From assembly GCA_963761365.1 (NCBI GenBank), contig CAVXHB010000018.1:61-64060 (forward strand): DNA of 64,000 nt, read 5' to 3'. The notes beneath the pieces were generated by a model. That model saw only the letters and a program-made list of their open reading frames with translations. It searched no databases and was not told the DNA's origin. Below, in pieces: positions 61,375-64,000 of this stretch; the stretch's first letter is position 1; every line of letters begins with the position of its first letter. The DNA comes from an uncultured Actinomycetes bacterium (GTDB lineage: Bacteria; Actinomycetota; Thermoleophilia; Gaiellales; Gaiellaceae). The translations under genes were made by a program, and so were the position numbers.

Positions 61375-62399
61375 TCATTTCGACACGCCCGCTCGGGAGA
61401 AGGCGATCAGGGCATCGAGCCGTTCGGCGGCGGCGCCCGAGTCGAGCGCCTCGCGCGCGAGCTCGAGCCCTTCGCGCAGGTCGTCGGCGTGACCGGCCGC
61501 TGCGATTGCGCCCGCGGCGTTGAGCAGGATCGCCGAGCGGCGCCCGCCGTTGCCGCCCTGCGAACACCTCGCGGATCTTCGCGGCGTTCTCGTCGGCGGT
61601 GCCGCCGCGGAGCTCCTCGGGGTCGCAACGCTCGACGCCCAGGTCGAGCGGGTCGATCTCGCGGCGACGCACGTCGCCGTCGACCACCTCGTACACGAGG
61701 TTCGGCCCGGTGGGCGAGAGCTCGTCGATCCCGCCCGCGCCGTGGACGACGAATGCCCGCCGCGCGCCGAGCGCCGCAAGCACATCCGCGATCACCGGCA
61801 CGAGCAGCGGTGAGTAGACGCCGACGATCTGCGCGCGCGCGCCGGCCGGGTTCGTCAGCGGTCCGAGCACGTTGAAGACCGTGCGCGCCGCGAGCTCGCG
61901 GCGCACCGGGCCCGCGTGCTTCATCGACGGGTGGTGCGTCGGCGCGAACATGAAGCCGAACCCGAGCTCGTCGATCGACTGCGCGATCCGCTCCGGTGCG
62001 AGCTCGAGCTCGAAGCCGAGCGACTCGAGCACGTCGGCAGATCCTGACTGCGACGACACCGAGCGGTTGCCGTGCTTCGCGACGCCTGCGCCGGCGGCTG
62101 CCGCGACGAGCGCCGCCGCGGTGGAGATGTTGAACGTCTTGCCGCCGTCGCCGCCGGTGCCCGCCGTGTCGACGAGGTCGTCGCGCTTTGCGTTGACCGG
62201 GAGCACGTGCGCGCGCATCGCCTCCGCGCAACCGGCGATCTCGTCGGCGGTCTCGCCCTTCAGCCGCAGCGCGACGAGGAAGCCGCCGATCTGTGCCGGC
62301 GTCGCTTCGCCCGACATGATCGTGTTCATCACCTCGCGCGCCTTGTCGCGCGCCGAGGTCACGGCCTTCGAGCAGCTCGTTCAGCGCGTCCTGAATCAT
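61375..62399 (-). CDS. trpD: anthranilate phosphoribosyltransferase (frame changes at both ends)
   Basis: [63 protein letters not shown], tail LDALIAFSRAG. Confidence 0.9.
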
Positions 62400-62963
62400 C
62401 TGCGCTCCCGAGGAAGTTCTTCGCGAGGTCGCGCCCGACCGGCGTCAGCACCGACTCGGGATGGAACTGCACGCCGTCGACCGGCAGCTCGCGATGGCGC
62501 ACGGCCATCACCTCGCCGTCGGCCGCAGTCGCCGAGATCTCGAGGCAGTCGGGGATCGTCGTCGCCGCGAGCGAGTGGTAGCGGCCTGCGAGAAAGTCCT
62601 CGGGCAGCCCGGCGAAGATGCCGCGTCCGTCGTGCGCGACCATCGTCGCCTTGCCGTGCACCAGCGCCTGCGCGGGGCCGACCTCGCCGCCGAAGGCCGC
62701 AACGATCGCCTGATGCCCGAGGCAGACGCCGAGCGTCGGCACGCGGCCGGCGAAGGTGCGCACGATCTCCTCCGACACGCCCGCCGCCTCTGGCCGACCG
62801 GGCCCGGGCGAGATGACGACGTGCGACGGCGCCATCGCCTCGGCTTCGCCACCGTGATCTCGTCGTTGCGCCGCACCACGACCTCCGCGCCCAGTTCGCC
62901 GAACAGGTGCGCCAGGTTGTACGTGAACGAGTCGTAGTTGTCGATCAAGAGCACCGTCGCCAT
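62397..62963 (-). CDS. trpG: anthranilate synthase component II (glutamine amidotransferase), frame-disrupted
   Basis: [35 protein letters not shown] (catalytic Cys), [14 protein letters not shown] junction with trpE. Confidence 0.9.
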
Positions 62964-64000
62964 CAGCCGGCCTCCGCGAGGTCGATCGCGGTCTCGAGCG
63001 CGGCCAGCTTGCGCAGGCACTCCTCGTGCTCGGCGGCCGGGTCGGAGTCGGCGACGATCCCCGCCCCCGCCTGCAAGAGCGCCACGCCGTCGTGCAGCAC
63101 GATCGTGCGGATCGAGATGCATGCATCGAGCACACCGCCCGGAAGCGCGTAGAGCACCGCTCCCGCGTAGGGGCCGCGGCGATAGCCCTCGAGCTCGGAG
63201 ATGATCTGCATCGCGCGCACCTTCGGGGCGCCCGAGACGGTGCCCGCCGGGAAGCACGCGCGCAGCAGGTCGAAGCCCGTGATCCCCGCGCGCATTTCCC
63301 CTGCGACCTCCGACACGAGGTGGGTGATGTGCGAGAAGCGCTCGGCTTCGAGGAACCGTTCGACCTTGACCGTGCCGGGCACACAGACGCGCGAGAGATC
63401 GTTGCGGCCGAGGTCGACCAGCATGACGTGCTCGGCGCGGTCCTTGTCGGACGAGAGCAGACGTTCGGCGTCGCCTTCGCCCGGGCGCGTCGAGCCCGCG
63501 ATCGGGTTGAGCGACGCGCGCGTGCCCTCGCATTTCACGAGCGTCTCGGGGGACGAGCCGACGAGCGCGATCCCGTCGAGCTCGAGCAGGAAGAGGTACG
63601 GCGACGGGTTGACGTGGCGCAGCGAGCGGTAGAGCGCGAGCGCCGAGACGCTGGTCGGCCGCTCAGCGCGTTGCGACAGCACGATCTGGAACGCGTCGCC
63701 CTGCCGGATGTAGTCCTTGCAGGCGCGCACGCCCGCCTCGTACTCGGCCTGCGAGGGGAAGCGGCGTGTCGGCGAGGGAGCTGCGTGTTCAGGCGGCGGA
63801 GGCGGCATCGGGTGGTTGAGCAACCGCGCCGTATCAACGAGGTCACCGCGAAGGATTTCCGCCTGGCCTCGGACATGGTCGAAGCGAACCAGCGTGTCCG
63901 CCACGACGAAGCGGCTCTCCGGCAGGCCCCGCCCATCGGCCGGCAACGGGACTGTTGGCTCGAGCTTGGCAGCGAAGTCGTAGCCCAGGTAACCGACGAC
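62963..64000 (-). CDS. trpE: anthranilate synthase component I, 3' two-thirds (5' end beyond window)
   Basis: Uninterrupted frame to the window edge: [59 protein letters not shown]. Confidence 0.9.
   Translation of the reverse strand, partial: VVGYLGYDFAAKLEPTVPLPADGRGLPESRFVVADTLVRFDHVRGQAEILRGDLVDTARLLNHPMPPPPPEHAAPSPTRRFPSQAEYEAGVRACKDYIRQGDAFQIVLSQRAERPTSVSALALYRSLRHVNPSPYLFLLELDGIALVGSSPETLVKCEGTRASLNPIAGSTRPGEGDAERLLSSDKDRAEHVMLVDLGRNDLSRVCVPGTVKVERFLEAERFSHITHLVSEVAGEMRAGITGFDLLRACFPAGTVSGAPKVRAMQIISELEGYRRGPYAGAVLYALPGGVLDACISIRTIVLHDGVALLQAGAGIVADSDPAAEHEECLRKLAALETAIDLAEAG

Noticed and set aside
1-64000. CRISPR arrays, rRNA genes, IS elements, transposases, prophage genes
   Set aside because: None seen on either strand. 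The only repeats found are the short regulatory-scale repeats at 37003-37114 and 56703-56776.

Overview
Very GC-rich bacterial chromosome segment (third codon positions almost all G/C). It looks like Actinomycetota: NucS/EndoMS, a PspA-PspAB pair, a SARP regulator, leaderless-type promoters.

Gene content in order:
- An A/T-richer island (about 282-4672) next to tRNA-Ala, carrying an Mrr-type nuclease fusion.
- nucS, an O-methyltransferase, an envelope-stress cluster (pspA, MFS, PspAB-like, htpX), cytochrome c, a Cof-type HAD, serS, a TolB-like propeller and tRNA-Ser.
- A three-gene operon: DMFase-like protein, polysaccharide deacetylase, methyltransferase.
- A translationally coupled pair: SARP(wHTH+BTAD)-SIR2 followed by nSTAND NTPase-TM-WD40. 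This is the most interesting locus.
- cax, two secreted orphans (one WxL-like), ygjP-like, PAP2, several small enzymes, a cupredoxin, xdhC and bioY.
- nrtR divergent from nadBCA.
- A kdp locus with a split KdpD and the order F-A-C-B.
- A MoxR-DUF58-VWA-VWA (Bat-like) operon.
- DUF1345, a MoaD-like protein and a BNR propeller; a flavoprotein disulfide reductase; an opu-type ABC system; a DHA2 MFS; cupin, marR and a DAO-type oxidase.
- A trpE-G-D-CF-B-A operon that runs off the window end.

No CRISPR array, rRNA gene, IS element, transposase or integrase was found.

Major caveat: large patches of the window need repeated frame changes to read obviously conserved, even essential, genes (serS, trpB, kdpA, nadB), while other multi-kb patches are clean. 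I treat this as patchy indel error in the sequence, not gene decay. Coordinates of frame-disrupted genes are therefore whole-gene spans stitched by eye from the ORF track.
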